A stretch of 64,000 nucleotides of DNA. Origin: Octopus sinensis (taxonomy: Eukaryota). The DNA is taken from positions 114,390,001 through 114,454,000 of the forward strand of contig NC_043000.1 in assembly GCF_006345805.1 (NCBI RefSeq), given 5' to 3'. The stretch's first letter is position 1. Each line of letters starts with the position of its first letter. Of the stretch, positions 28,290 to 42,628 are shown piece after piece. Below the pieces are notes generated by a model, which worked only from the letters and a program-made list of their open reading frames with translations, made no database searches and was not told the origin of the DNA. Made by a program: the position numbers and the translations under genes.

Positions 28290-29020
28290 TTTCTTTAGTC
28301 CCTCACTTTCACTATCTCACTCACTCTCTATCTATCTATTTATCTTTTCCTTGTCTCTCCTACTCTATCTCTAGCTTTTCGTTCTATCTCTTACTCTATC
28401 TTTATCTTTTCCTTGTATCTTTTACTCTATCTTTATCTTTTCGTTCTATCTCTTACTCTATCTTTATCATTTCGTTCTACCTCTAACGCTTCCTCTATTG
28501 TTTCCTTCTATCTGTTACTCTATCTTTTTCTACTGTCTCTTACTCTATCTAACACTCTTTCGTTCTGTTCCTCCTACTCTCTTTATTCCCTCACTTTCAC
28601 TATCTTACTCACTCTCTCTCTCTCTCTATCTATCTATCTTTAGCTTTTCCTTGTATCTCTTACTCTATCTTTATCTTTTCGTTCTATCTCTTACTCTATT
28701 TTTTTCGTGTGTGTCTTACTCTATCTCTAACACTCTTTCGTTCTGTTATATATCTCTCTTCCTCCTACTCTCTTTTTCTCTCACTTTTTCTTATTCTTGC
28801 TCAATTTTTCTACTATCTCTCTCCTTTTCACTCAGCTACTCTTGGTCTTAATCTCTATACTCTCTTTCTCTCACTATGACACTCCTTTCCCTCAGTCTCT
28901 CTCTCTCTTTCCCTCTCCTTTGAGTAACATTCAATAAGCGTGTATATATTTATTTAAACTTCTCTCCCACTCATTTTCTCTCTTTCTCACTCTTTCCCTC
29001 TCTCTCTCCATCTTCTCTTA
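28290..29020 (+). repeat. CT-rich degenerate tandem repeat (TCTCTTACTCTATCTTTATCTTTTC) upstream of LRCH
   Basis: About 700 bp pyrimidine-skewed tract with ~30-bp periodic units. Confidence 0.8.
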
Positions 29021-32000
29021 AGTCAACTCGCAGATGTTTTAGTCCCATGTCAGCTTTAATCCAGCTGGGATATAATCAGAGACAATCCAGCCGTGACTAT
29101 AGTTTTTTTTTTCAAACAGTGCTTCTAGACCCCATAAAACCAATTTATCCAATGTGGTAACTTACTTTCTTTTTTAGGCAGCAAGCAGGACATTATTTAA
29201 GGGAGATTTACCTACAATATCTAACAGGTTGAACTTCCATGTAGAGGTTCCCTCTCTGGGTTTCAGACATTTGTGCAAAACTCGACGGTGTTTTATGAAA
29301 TAGCTATCGGAACCGGGTACAGCTCCCTGGCTTACCAATTTTCAGTCAAACCGTCCAACCTATGCCAGCATGGAAAACGGACGTTAAATAATGATGCGAC
29401 TCACAAGTCTGGACTGCTCATACACAAATTGGGCCAATTTCTAAAAGCCATTCAACCAATTGACAAAAACTGCAGAGTAGGGGGTAATAGGGCAACTAAG
29501 ATGTTCTTCCTTTCCCAAGTTGTAGCTACTCCACTTCCTATTGTTGATGAAGGAGCTACAAAAATATATGAACAACACTCATTTCACCCTCCTTGCTGAC
29601 CAGACAATGCAGCAGCCAATTACAAAGCCGCTACACAGTTGCAAGAAATAGCAGCCAATCCTCTATTGAAATGACATCGTCACATTATTGCTATAGAAAA
29701 AAAATATGGAATCGTAGGATAAGATAATTCTCGACTCATTAAGTCTGGAAAACAGTCAGGGTGGTCATGGTTGGAACATTATTGCTCATAAAACTTGGAA
29801 TGAACAACAACAGTAAAGAGATACCTATTTCTTTACTACCCACAAGGGGCTAAACACAGAGGGGACAAACAGGGACAGACAAACGGATTAAGTCGATTAC
29901 ATCTGGTACTTAATTTATCGACCCCGATAAATTCGGCGGAATTTGAACTCAGAACGTAGCGGCAGACGAAATACCTATTTCTTTACTACCCGCAAGGGGC
30001 TAAACGCAGAGACGACAAACAAGGACAGACAAACGGATTAAGTCGATTATATCAACCCCAGTGCTTAACTGATACTTATTTAATCGACACCGAAAGGATG
30101 AAAGGCAAAGTCGACCTCGGCGGAATTTGAACTCAGAACGTAACGGCGGACGAAATACGGCTACGCATTTCGCCCGGCGTGCTAACGTTTCTGCCAGCTC
30201 GCCGCCTACAACAGTAAAGAGATACCGACTAGATAATGTAGTACCCGTTACATTTTGTCGGAAAAAGATGGGATTTTGTTTGTTATAGGTCTGATGGCTC
30301 AAGGTGAAATTAGGAATAAACAACAGTCAGGCTGGTCAAATCCACAAATCTGTTTCTTGATTGTGTTAACATGTTTATAGTTTTGGGAGAGGTCGTACAT
30401 TATGACACAACTGTTCCTTCTAAACTCTGTGTGTCTGTGTGTGTGTACATCCTCAGCTTAAAGGGGAAACTGTGCAAGCATACTGGTCGTACAATGTACG
30501 CAGTTGGCAAACGAAACTATCGCGCACGCGGAAAATTAATATGCAAACAAAATGATGCAGTTATTATGCTAATTAGAAATATTGCTGTAATTATGGTAAA
30601 CAATGCAGTAATTATGCTAATTAAATACATTCACTGTCACAAATGCTTTTCTCAAAGGCAGGGTCAGACTAAAACCTATAGAGGCCCTACAAGATTTTGG
30701 TGTCCTTCTATATCATCATCATCATCATCGTCGTCGTAGTCATCTAATGTGTCCGTTTTCCATGCTGGCATGGGTTTGAAGGTTTCGCCAAGAACTGGTA
30801 AGCTGCACCAGGTCCCAGTCTAATTTGGCAAGGTTTCTATAGCTGGATGCCTTTCCTAATGCCAACCACTCTGAGAATATATATTTAATTCAAAATATAA
30901 AAACAATAATAAATCATAAAATAAATTTTAATTTTTAAAAAAAGAAACAAAGCAGTAAGAAAGGAAAATAATGTTTATTTTTGTATAATTCTACTTTATT
31001 TATATTTGAAAAATTTTTTCCTATTTTTTTTTTAAATCACAGTCTTTGATCAGATCCTCAAAATTGTTCTTACATCACATCTCATATACTTTGTAGAGAT
31101 AAGGCTTCCCATATATTATTTTAGCAACTGATTTCTTTTGTACTGTAAGCCATTTACCATTTCTGTGAGGATACCCTAAGCATCTGCATATTATGCTTGA
31201 TAGTTAAAGTAGCGCTCATCATTATCATCATCATCAATATCGTTTAACATCCGTTTTCCATGCTGGCATGGGTTGGACGGTTTGACTGAGGTTTGGAGAG
31301 CCATCAGCTGCACCAGGCTCCAATTTGATTTAGCAACGTTTCTACAGCTGGATGCCCTTCCTAACGCCAACCACTCTGAGAGTGTAGTGTGTGCTTTTCA
31401 CGTGCCACTGGCATAGGAGCCAGTCAGGCGGGCCTGGCATTGATCATGTTCAGATAGTGCTTTTTACATGCCATTGGCATGGGAGCTAGTCAACCACATT
31501 TGAATAGTGTTTTTTATGTGCCACAGGAATGGGGGGGGGCAGTCAGGGAGCGCTGGCCACAGCTGCAATTTTGGTTTTACTTGACTGAACAGGTTTTCTC
31601 AAGTATATCATATCATCCGATGCATCAAAGGTACTCTCAGATGGGCCAGGCATGCAACACTGGCATCAGCCATGGCTGCGATCTCACTTTAGTTGCCAGG
31701 TCTTCTCAATCATAGCATATCTCCAAAGATCTTCGTCTCCTGTCATTGCCTCTGTGAGGCCAGGAAAAAACAAAACTGCCCAACATATGATAATTATGCA
31801 CATTGACTTATTAAAAATTGGAAAGGATATAATTTGTATCCTTCTGACAAATACTTTCCGCTTACTACAAACCAATCAGGCTGAGGCCCTCGGTTGAATG
31901 ACAGAATGACCAGCTTTCATTTCTCTCATGCAATGGATATTTTACTTTAGTTTACAGGTTTTCTACAGAGTATTCAGGCTAAATTTGACAGTTTACATAA

Positions 32001-32520
32001 AAGGAACAGTAAACACAATATTCCATTATGAAATAAAAGTATTTAAGAAAATCATGAAATCAGACTGGGGCCTGGTGCAGCCTCCTGGCTTCCCAGACCC
32101 CAGTCGAACCGTCCAACCCATGCTAGCATGGAAAACGGATGTTAAACGATGATGATGATTATGGTTAGGAGATGATTGGTTACTCAAAGTAGAGTGAGTG
32201 TGTGTGAGAGAGAGAGAGAGTGGACACAGGTAACTGTAGGATCAGTAAACATGAGGTTGTTTCAGAGAAGCAAAGACAGTTATGGTGTTGATGGATTAAA
32301 AGATTTCAAAGAGCAGAAGAATCGGGGAGAGAATGGGCACTTGGCCCATGGCAGGATACATGATGGGAAATAAAAGTAACTGTGAATGGCTTGCCTACCA
32401 ATTACTTCCCTCCAGATAAAAAAAGGCGTGGGGTTTATTTTTCCAGAAAGAAAATGTTGAAATGAATGATGTTTCAGGGCAAAACGTCAACAAGTTCTTT
32501 TAGGGATCAGAGAGCTCCAT

Positions 32521-33040
32521 TACACACACACACACACACACGCGCGCGCGTAAGCATACATATATAAAAACACATACACACACGTACTCACACACAAGCA
32601 TACACACACATGCACACATATACAGACATGCACACACACACATGTACTCACACACATGCACCTACATATATAAAGACACATACACACATGTAGTCACACA
32701 CATGTACAGACACACACACACATGTTCTCACACACACACATACACATACATATATAAAGACACATACACACGTACTTACACATACATACGCACACAGGTA
32801 CAAACACACACACATACATATATAAAGACACAGACACACACATGTACTCACACACACACATGTACTCATACGCACACATGTACTCATACGTACACATACA
32901 CACACGTACTCACACACACACATGTACTCATACGCACACACACACGCGTACTCACACACACACATGTACTCATATGCACACATACACACACGTACTCACA
33001 CACACACATGTACTCATATGTACACACACACACACACACA
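32521..33040 (+). repeat. (CA)n-based minisatellite with recurring CATGTACTCA
   Basis: Directly visible. Confidence 0.85.
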
Positions 33041-34332
33041 TGCACCCACTAATCTACAATGCACTCATCCCTAATTTAAGGCTCCAGTTAAACCAACCTT
33101 ATACACACAGATAAAGGGTCCTATTTTATCTGGTTTCTTGGAAATGCTCTTGTTACAGACAAAACAACAAATAAAAGGAACTTTTCGGGGGTGGGGGGAT
33201 CACTCCCCCCAACTTCTCCTCCACCACTTCCACTCCTCCTTTGAGTATATGTTGCTATGGTTGATAATGTTTTTGTTGCTGTGATTGTAGTAGTAGTAGT
33301 AGTAGTAGTAGTGGCGATGGTAGCAGTGATGGTGGTGGTGGCAGCAGCAGATGTTGTTGTTCTTCTTCTTCTTCTTTGTATATATACCTTTGTACATGCA
33401 TATATCTATATCTCTTTTCTCTCTTCTGCCTACCTCTTCTCACTCTCACCTTCTCACTCTCTTTATCTCTATGTATACACACACACCACACACACCACAC
33501 ACACACACACACACACATAAAAATCTTATATAATATATATAATACACACATATGAGAGGACAAGTTGATTACATCGACCCCAGTATTTCACTGGAACTTA
33601 ATTTATCGACCTCGAAAGGATGAAAGGCAAAGTCGACCGCAGCGGAATTTGAACTCAGAACTTAGTGACAGGTGAAATACTGCTAAGCATTTCACCCAGC
33701 CTGCTAACAATTCTGCCAGCTCACCACCTTAATAATAATAATAATAACAACAACAACAACAACAATAAAGATTTCAAATTTTGGCACAAGACCAGCAATT
33801 TTAGAGGAGGGGATAAGTTGAGTACATCACCCCCAGTGTTCAACTGGTACCTAATTTATTTATCCTCAAAAGGATAAAAGGCAAAGTTGACCTTGGCAGC
33901 ATTTAAAGTCAGAAAGTAAAGATGCACGAAATACCACAAGGCATTTTGTCTTGACACAAACTTAGCCTAGAATTAATATGTCACCCACTTTACCCCATCA
34001 CCTGGTACCATGGGGGTCTTTCGAAGGGTTCACATTCTTGCCAATTTGGGGGCAAGGAATCCAGTTGTAGACCAAATTATTGCCTTCTGCTCGTAAGTGA
34101 GAGAGGCCCTAAAAGAAAGTTCTGGATGTTACTCTGACTAAATCATTAAAATGAAAATATCAAGATGAGAAATAAAACCATTTCATAGTGACCCAGTGAC
34201 CCTTCAAGGACTGCAGATCATTTCCATTTCAGAGAAAAATAATTGTAGCAATTAACAGATACCTAAAATATATTTTTGATTGACTGCATTCTCTCAATTG
34301 CCAAATATATATTGATTCTTCAAACTTTATTC

Positions 34333-34377
<45 letters not shown>

Positions 34378-34819
34378 ATACATAAAACATTCCTCTCATC
34401 ATTATAGCCATTAACTTGCTACTAAAACATAGAAAGAACTCTGAGAATTTGCAAAAATTTCATGTCTGTTTCATATTCCGATCTCATTTGGGAGAAAGAA
34501 TAATTAGTGAATATTTCCCAAAATTGCAGACTTGTCTGGCAAAGTAACAAGGAGGCGATGGTCATTAAATGTATTGTTTTCGTAATGGTTTTTATGAATT
34601 ATTAATATTTCTGCTGATATATTTATTGACTGGACATGATGTGGAGTTATAGAATGTTCTGGACGTATTCAGTGTGTATATCATGTAGATTGTGTGTGTG
34701 TGTGTGTTATGTGTATTTGTATCTGTGTCTACGAGTGATTTGTGTATGTGTGTGCATGTCTTTTTGTGTTTGTGTGTGTGTACAGATGCATTCAGACACA
34801 CATATACACATATATGATT

Positions 34820-35596
34820 ATGTGGATAGCTGTGTGAAAAAGTGCCACACCCTAGCAGTTGAGGAAACCTGTGGAAGAGGTAGACCCAGGAAGACCTGGG
34901 ATGAGGTGGTAAAGCATTGGGCCTCACCTAAGCAATGACTAGTAACCGGGACCTCTGGAAATAAGTTGTGCTTGAGAAGACTCGGCAAGCGCAAATGAGA
35001 CTATAACCTCGTGGTCTATGCCAGGGGTGTAACCAGTCCACTTATGCATGGCTTTCCTTCATTAGACACTAAACTCTGCTTGCGAAGACTTGTTGAGGCA
35101 AGTGAATCGGAATCGAAATTGAAATCAAATTCGATGACTGGCACCCATGCTAGTGGAGCGCTAAGAGTACCATACATGTGAGATCATTGCCAGAGCAACA
35201 AGCTAGCCTCTGTGCCGATGGCACATTAAAAAACACCATTCGAACATGATCGTTCCCTGCCTCACCTTACTAGCACCTGTGCTGGTGGCATGTGAAAAAC
35301 ATTCGAAGTGAGGTTACCAATGTCGCTGGACTGGCTATTGTGCAGGTGACACATAAAAAGCACCATCTGAGCATGGCCGTTGCCAGTACTGCATGACTGG
35401 TCCTCGTGCCAGTGGCACATAAAACCACTCACTACACTCTCGGAGTGGTTGGCTGTAGGAAGGGCATCCAGCTGTAGAAACTCTGCCAGATCAGATTGGA
35501 GTCTGATACAGCCATCTGGTTCACCAGACCTCAGTCAAATCATCCAACCCATGCTAGCATGGAAAGCGGATGTTAAACGACGACGATGATGATGAT
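34820..35596 (+). mobile_element. RTE-type LINE 3' end (ORF C-terminus plus modular 3' UTR and (GAT)n tail)
   Basis: DSCVKKCHTLAVEETCGRGRPRKTWDEVVK. The 3' UTR ends CCAACCCATGCTAGCATGGAAAGCGGAYGTTAAACGATGAT. Truncated copies occur at e.g. 4420-4800, 12300-12740, 14320-14640, 24300-24850, 31230-31760 and 41950-42380. Confidence 0.8.
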
Positions 35597-36341
35597 GCCC
35601 TTAATCTCTTACATCCATGCTGGTGGCACGTAAAAAGCACCAATCAAGTGTGGTCAATGCCAGTACTGCCTGACTTGTTCCCATGCCGGTAGCACATAAA
35701 AAGCACCATTTAAACATGGTCAATGGCAGTGCTGTCTGAGTGGCTCCCATGCTGGTGGCACATAAAAATCACTATTTGAACGTGAAGGATGCTAGTGCCG
35801 CCTGACTGGTTCCCATGCTGGTGGCACATAAAAAGCACAATTTGAACATGGTTGATGCCAGTATTGCCTGAGTAGGTCCCATGCTGGTGGCACATAAAAA
35901 GTACCCACTTTACTCTCAGATTAGTTGACATAAGGAAGGGCATCAAGCTGTAGAATCCTTGCCAGATCAGATTGGAGCCTGGTCAAACTGTCCAACCCAT
36001 GCCAGCATGGAAAGCAGACGTTTAGCAGAGATGATGATAGTGATGTAGTAAATGTAATGGGATTCGTCCTGTAAACAAGACTTTTGTCTGTAGAAAAACA
36101 TGGAAAATGCTGTAAGCAGAATCATTTTGCCAATCTAAGTTGTTCAAAACAATCAGAAAGAAACAGACAGGAAAGCAATTTGTCATATCCATATTTATTT
36201 GTAGATGAAAGCAGTGAGCTGGCAGAAACATTAGCATGCTGGGTGAAATTCTTAGTATTTCGTCTGTCTTTATGTTCTGAGTTCAAATTCTGTGTAATCA
36301 ATAAAAGAACAAAATAGATTGTTAATATTGTTGTTTGTTCC

Positions 36342-36634
36342 TTCTCGAGCCATGCCTGGCTCATAAGAGCTGGTTTCCTGGTTTCCTTGGCGTATAGGTT
36401 CCCCATCTGGACGGGACGCCGGTCTGTTGCAGGTGAGCTGCTAGATGTAGGAGGAAAGAATGAGAGAAAGTTGTGGCGAAAGAGTCAGCAGAAGTTCGCC
36501 ATTACCTTCTGCAGGAGCTGTGTGAAGCTTAGGTGTTTTGCTCATAAACACACGCATCGCTCGGTCTGAGATTCGAACCCGCGATCTCTCGACCACGAGT
36601 CCGCTGCTCTAATCACTAGGCCATGTGCCTCCAC
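36342..36634 (-). mobile_element. tRNA-derived V-domain-like SINE, family D (second copy at 316-602; related head at 50750-51054)
   Basis: A box TGGCCTAGTG, B box GGTTCGAATC, CTGCRACRGACCGGCGTCCC domain. TSD ATTGTTAATAT here and TTTACATCCC (306-315/603-612) for the first copy. Confidence 0.75.
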
Positions 36635-37240
36635 AATTGTTAATATAGACAATCCCAGGCAGGGACTTGAAAAATAATATCAACTGAAAAATAATATCAG
36701 CAACATACCTTAAGAATGTGAACAGTGGGTTGGGTTCGAAATTCCACCAGAACACCTGATTAAGGCTGGAGAGTACACCAGCCGAAACGTGGTAACAACA
36801 AACAAGATGAGGACACCTATCCGTCCATTGTAAATAATGGAAAATATTGTTTATTTTTGTATACTTCCACTTTATTTATACTTCAAAAGTTTTTTTCCTA
36901 CTTCTTTTAATTGCAAAATCTTTGATGAAATCCTCACCATGACACCATGAACACTTCGAAATTATATTTTTTATCATAGAAACCACTTCGAATATCATTT
37001 TTGCCAGTTTATAATGATTTCTCTTGTGCTATAAGCCATTTACCATTTCCGTGGTGCCACGTTCTTCTCTTGACGTTCAGAGCACGTGTTTATTTTGCTT
37101 AATGACTAACCTAGCGCTGATTCCTTTGTTTATGCAATCGAATTATCTACTCCCGATATACCCGAGAATAACGTAAAGAATAGACGTGTACCCTTTCCGT
37201 TATTCTCAGACTGAATCTGCGTGACAGGATGACATACAAA

Positions 37241-37648
37241 GGCGGCGAGCTGGCAGAAACGTTAGCACGCCGGGCGAAATGCGTGGCCGTATTTCGTCTG
37301 CTGTTACGTTCTGAGTTCAAATTCCGTCGAGGTCGACTTTGCCTTTCATCCTTACGGGGTCGATAAATTAAGTACTAGTTACGCACTGGGGTCGACTTAA
37401 TCGGTTTGTCTGTCCTCGTTTGTCTCCTCTGTGTTTATACCCTTGTGGGTAGTAAAGAATTAGGTATTTCGTCTGTCTTTACGTTCTGAGTTCAAATTCC
37501 GCAGAGGTCAACTTTGTCTTTCATCCTTTCGGGGTCCATTAAATAACTACCAGTTACGCACTGGGGATCGATGTAATCGTCTTAATCCCTTTATCTGTCC
37601 TTGTTTGTCCCCTCTATGTTCAGCCCCTTGTGGGCAATAAAGAAATAG
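37241..37648 (+). mobile_element. tRNA-derived Meta-domain-like SINE, family C (dimeric copy)
   Basis: Head GGCGGCGAGCTGGCAGAA, B box GAGTTCAAATTC, domain GCCTTTCATCCTTTCGGGGTCGATAAATTAAGTACCAG. Many copies, e.g. 3200-3650, 13700, 20085, 22240-23090, 29820, 33560, 39150, 55800, 61630-62500. Confidence 0.8.
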
Positions 37649-38138
37649 GATGAGAGACAAAGATAATTTTTTAATTACAAGTACAATTCCGCCAACAGCT
37701 TCTGCCGACCTAATTTCACTCACAGTGCTATGGTTAAAGCAGCTGCTCGAAATACCACGCAGCAAGATCGAACACGGTATCTCTTAATTATGAATCGAAC
37801 ATTTTAACTATATAACTGTAACTATACTAACAACCAATTGAACGGTGTTGAACTGAAGAATCTGATCCTTGTATAAGGGAAATAACTCTACAGCTTTACA
37901 TCATTGTGACTTTTCTGATTGAAGTGAAATGCGTGTGTGCGGTTTAGTGAATGTGTTAAACAGTCAGAACGAATTTATTCATTTATCAGCAGTTCATGGG
38001 TCTTCGTCGTTTATCGACGAGTGTTCCGTTATTCTATCGACTGAATTAGTTGCTCCTGAATTGACAGTGTGTGTGTGTAATTGCTAAAGAGGACAACAAA
38101 CGTTAAGGCAAGGCAAACATCTCAAATCATATACATTA

Positions 38139-38535
38139 CTAGCAGTATTGCCCGGCGTTGCTCGGGTTTGTTTCGACCCTTTAGAATTGGAATTTTTGAA
38201 AAGTAAAAATTTTGCATTATGTAGCTTGTTTTTCTCTTTAAGTGAACATTTTTCTGGTTGAAATACACCGAAAAATGGCGACACAGCAGTAAAAAAAGCG
38301 TAAAAAATAGGGATTTTCATAGAAAAAAAAAAAGCACGTTTTTGATGTAAATAATTTTTGGTGTTAACATGGTCCGATTAAATTTTTTTTCTTCTACGAA
38401 AGGAAGAGCAAGCCTTCTTCTATCATACTCTCAATTGTGGTCAACTTGCGCCACAGGGTCTCGGAGGAGATAGTGTTAGTTAAAGGCCACCAAACCTGCC
38501 ATATACACACAACTTCAGCTTAATATAGAGAGAGA
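38139..38535 (-). mobile_element. Non-autonomous Helitron, copy 2
   Basis: Highly similar to 7239-7627. 5' TC; 3' CCCGAGCAACGCCGGG...CTAG; A|T target. Confidence 0.8.
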
Positions 38536-38712
38536 TTATGGTTGGAAAAAAATTCAAATTCTTACAATTATTTCTGGGATATCCCAGAGTATGGGATATT
38601 CCGTCATCGGAGATAAATAGGGAATAGACACTCAGCCATGTCTACTCCTTTCATTAACAAACTTGGCAGATATTTTTATTTGAAGAGATTCCATATCAAC
38701 ATAAAATAATCC

Positions 38713-39071
38713 GTCGATCTTTCGTCTCTAGTAGACCTTTTTTTTTTTACATATGGGCTTGCGGGAACTTTTGAAGTAATGAGAGCGAAAGAGACACATT
38801 ACTCTCTCTGTCTCTTCACACACACTAACAGAAGCACTTCACTTACACAACATACTGTCTGTCTCCCACACCCCATCAAACACACACACACACATGTACA
38901 TCAATGCTCCCATGCACGGTAACTTCAAAAGAACTTCCCTCGTCATACAATCGCTTTCTCTTAGTCTCTTTCGGTCTCATTACTTCAAAAGTTCCCGCAA
39001 GCCCATATGTAAAAAAAAAAATTTTTTTACGGAAATCGACGGAAAGGTTCTACTAGAGACGAAAGATTGCC
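38713..39071. mobile_element. MITE with ~80-100 bp TIRs and 8-bp TSD
   Basis: Inverted ATCTTTCGTCTCTAGTAG...TACATATGGGCTTGCGGGAACTTTTGAAGTAATGAGA; TSD AATAATCC on both sides. Confidence 0.8.
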
Positions 39072-40585
39072 AATAATCCAATTCCACGAAAGTCACTACA
39101 TTAGTAACATTGATATACTACGAAATTTATAATTATTAAATTTTGTATAACACGCCGGGCGAAATACTTAGCGGTATTTCGTCTGCCACTACGTTCAGTC
39201 GAGGTCGATTTTGCCTTTCATCCTTTCGGGGTCGATTAATTAACTACCAGTTGTTACACACTGGGGTCGATATAATTGACTTATTCCCTTCCCCCAAAAT
39301 TTGAGACCAGCTTTATGTTGATATGAAGGCAGCGAGTTGGCAGAAATGTTAGCACGCTGGGCGAAATGCTTAGCGGTATTTCGTCTGTCTTTATGTTCTG
39401 AGTTCAAATTCCACCGACGTCGACTTTGCCTTTCATCCTTCCGGGGTCATTAAATTAAGTACCAGTGAAACACTGAAGTCGATGTGATCGACCACTCCCC
39501 TCCCCACAAATTCGAGGTCTTGTGCTTCCATTAATAAGGATTATTAAATTTCGTTGTAATGGAAGTTATGTCCCTTACACCAGGTTGTTTCCCCTTTACT
39601 GTACATTGCGGATATTAATAGTGACGGGCAAGACGCACCCCCGTCTAATGGACGGTGCTGAGTTGTCAAACATTGGAACCAAGTTTTCTCAAAACAACTT
39701 GTCCGACCGTCCCATAAGCTTCCCCTTTGAGAAACACTGATTTAACCTAAATTTGAGACACCAGCAAAAGAAGAAATAAAGATAGACTTTTTTCTATTCC
39801 AAAGAAAAACGATTTTATTCACACAATATGCAACCGAAGAGTTTAAAGTACCAGTAATGATAAGGCTGTTGACTAGGAGAACACAAACATGGTTTAAACA
39901 GTTCTTTTCATTAAAAAATAATTAGGCATGCCTTTATTTCAATAAAATTTTTGGTTTTGTTAAACGAAGTTAAGGCAAAAAAAAAAAACTTCTTGAGAAA
40001 CCAAATAGTCTTTCCTTCCTTCATGCCAAGTTTGAAGAAAATATCTATTTTGCATCTTACTTTTTTGGTCTCTTAAATATACTGCATTTTGCGGCATTAT
40101 TTCAAGCCAGCCGGCTTTTTTTGCGCAAACTGCACGTACATTTTTTTCGCGTAGTATCGATTGCAACAGCTGATGTATTTGGGCGTCAAATGCACGTTCC
40201 CACGGCTTTATCGATCGCATTCTCACCTGGAATCGATTTTTGTAATTTTTTTCAAGACTTATACACGCCCTGATACCATCGGTATTGACATATCAAATTT
40301 GAGCGCAATCGGATGGAGGATGCCCAAGATCGTAGAAGACACACGGATTTTATATAATAGATTAGTGCTGCGTTCTGAGTTTAAATTCTGCCGAGGTCGA
40401 CTTTGCCTTTCATCTTTTCCGGATCGATAAATTAAGTACCAGTTGAGTACTAGGGTCTATGTAATTGACTTACCCTCTCCCAAAACATTTCAGGTCTTGT
40501 GCCTATAGCAGAAAGTGATTAGCTATCTATGAACAAAGCCGTTCCAGCTGTGACCATCACATCATTTGTCTTTTGAGGCACAACG

Positions 40586-41485
40586 TATTAGGTCGTCAAG
40601 TATGAAATTCGTAGAAAAGAAAAAAGTTTACTAACGTTTTATAAATACAAGGAATGGTTTTATTCATCAAAGTATACACCCATATTGTCAATACACTTTT
40701 ATCATTTCAGCGGTAGCTTGTCCATCCCGGAACTGTAAAAGCTTGGCAATCTAGAGTCAATAGAATCTTGGAAGGCCTATTTTACAGCATTGTTGGGATT
40801 AAATTTTTTTCCACTCAAAAAGGTTATACAAATTCTGGAGGAAGTAGTAGTTAGTGGGAACAAGATCAGGTGAGTATGGTGGATGATGGAGAAATTCCAA
40901 CACCAAATCCACTAGTTTCGCCAATGTCATTTTTGCGATGTGTGGTCTGGCGTTGTCTTGCAATCATCATCATCATTTAACGTCCGCTTTCCATGCTAGC
41001 ATGGGTTGGACAATTTGACTGAGGTCTGGCGAACCAGACTCCAATCTGATCTGGCAGAGTTTCTCCAGCTGGATGCCCTTCCTAACGCCAACCACTCCGA
41101 GAGTGTAGTGGGTGATTTTACATGCCACCGGCACGAGGGCCAGTTTGGTGGTACTGGCAATGGCCATGCCCAAATGGTGCTTTTTACATACCACTTGCAC
41201 AGGAGCCAGTCCAATAGGAATAGATCTGTTGACTAATCTAGGCTGTCATTTTGTAAATTTCTGCATCATTTGGTCCAGTTGGCTGCAGTATGCTTCAGCC
41301 GTAATTGATGAGCCAGGTTTAATGAAATCATAATGGATTGCACCTGCACCAGATCACCAAACACACACCATCAGCTTCTTTCGATGAATTTTGCTTTTTG
41401 GACTGTGTTTTGGTGGCTTATCTTTGTCCAACCATTGTGCTGAATGTTTAGAGTTGTTGTATTGGATACATTTCTCATCACATTG
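40586..41485 (-). mobile_element. Decayed mariner transposase (catalytic region), interrupted by an RTE-tail insert at ~40964-41210
   Basis: CDEKCIQYNN...QWLDKD...KKLMVCVW*, LQDNARPH and HPPYSPDL motifs, with stops. Confidence 0.85.
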
Positions 41486-41702
41486 TAGGGCAGGTGTGAG
41501 AGGCTGGATCTGACTGGTATAAATACTAAAGAGTTAATCTTTCACTCTACCAGGGTTGACAAAATAAAGGACCAGTTAAACACAGAGGTTAATTCTATCA
41601 ACTGCTTGTCCTCACCATGCTTAGGTCCATGTAGAAATCAAAATGGCGACAGGGTGGGGACACACACAGAAATAATAATAACACATGGCAAATTTTAAAT
41701 AC

Positions 41703-41708
41703 TTTATT
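41703..41708 (-). terminator. Candidate polyadenylation signal AATAAA of PSMG1
   Basis: AATAAA lies 8 nt after the stop codon on the minus strand. Confidence 0.5.
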
Positions 41709-41716
41709 ATTTCAAG

Positions 41717-41791
41717 TTATAAGTAAAGGGAATTTGAAGGAGAATGAAGATCCACGAATTTCTTGATAGCTGCACTTGCAAAAGTTTCATT
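41717..41791 (-). CDS. PSMG1: PSMG1 exon 6, terminal (NETFASAAIKKFVDLHSPSNSLYL*)
   Basis: Polypyrimidine acceptor CCCCTTTTCCAG, stop TAA. SNSLYL resembles the C-terminal SNIYT. Total CDS is 804 nt (267 aa). Confidence 0.88.
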   Translation of the reverse strand, partial: NETFASAAIKKFVDLHSPSNSLYL

Positions 41792-42491
41792 CTGGAAAAG
41801 GGGAAAAAAGAATATTAATCAAGAGAAAAATCTCAATAAAGAATTTAATGAAGAGGTTTTGGACTAGAAACATCAGAAACATATACAGAAGAGAAATGAA
41901 ATGTTTACCTTGACTAATGGACATAAATTTTCAGCAATGAATTTACCGAGAGCTATTGAGTCAAGTACATCACCATCAACATCAAAAAATCAAATGGAAA
42001 TTGTAGTTGTGATACCTGTGCCGGTGGCACGTAAAATGTACCATCCATACGTGGCCGATGCCAGTGCTGCCTTGACTGGCTTCTGTGCCAGTGGCACGTA
42101 AAAAGCACCAACTGATCGTGACTGTTGTCAGCCTCCCCTGGCACCCGTGCCAGTGGCATGTAAAAAGCACCAACCAACTGTGGCCGTTCCAGCCTCCCCT
42201 GGCACATAAAAAGCACCCACTACACTCATGGGGTGGTTGGCGTTAGGAAGGGCATCCAGCTGTAGAAACATTGCCAGATTAGACTGGAGCCTGGTGCAGC
42301 CTCCTGGCTTCCCAGACCCTGGTCGAACCGTCCAACCCATGCTATCATGGAAAACAGATGTTAAACGATGATGATGATGATAATAATCTTTTGACAATAA
42401 AAGAAACAACGCTTGTATAAACAATAAGGTTGTGTAAATGAAGAATCCTGCCATTGTTTGTGTCAATAAAAAAGACAAAATCAATTCTTAC

Positions 42492-42628
42492 CTGAGTGAT
42501 GGATACAAATTTATCAAGTTTGAGAAGAGGTGAAAACGCTTTGATTGTAGTGGAATCGATGTGTATAGACTCACAATAGCAGACAAATAACTGGGCAAGA
42601 ATTCTAAAGATTTGGCAGTAGGTCAGAA
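42492..42628 (-). CDS. PSMG1: PSMG1 exon 5 (ILTYCQIFRILAQLFVCYCESIHIDSTTIKAFSPLLKLDKFVSITQ)
   Basis: Acceptor TTTTCATCCAG, donor CAG|GTAAGA. Resembles VLSYCQVWKIPAILYLCY...EAFKPIL. Confidence 0.93.
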
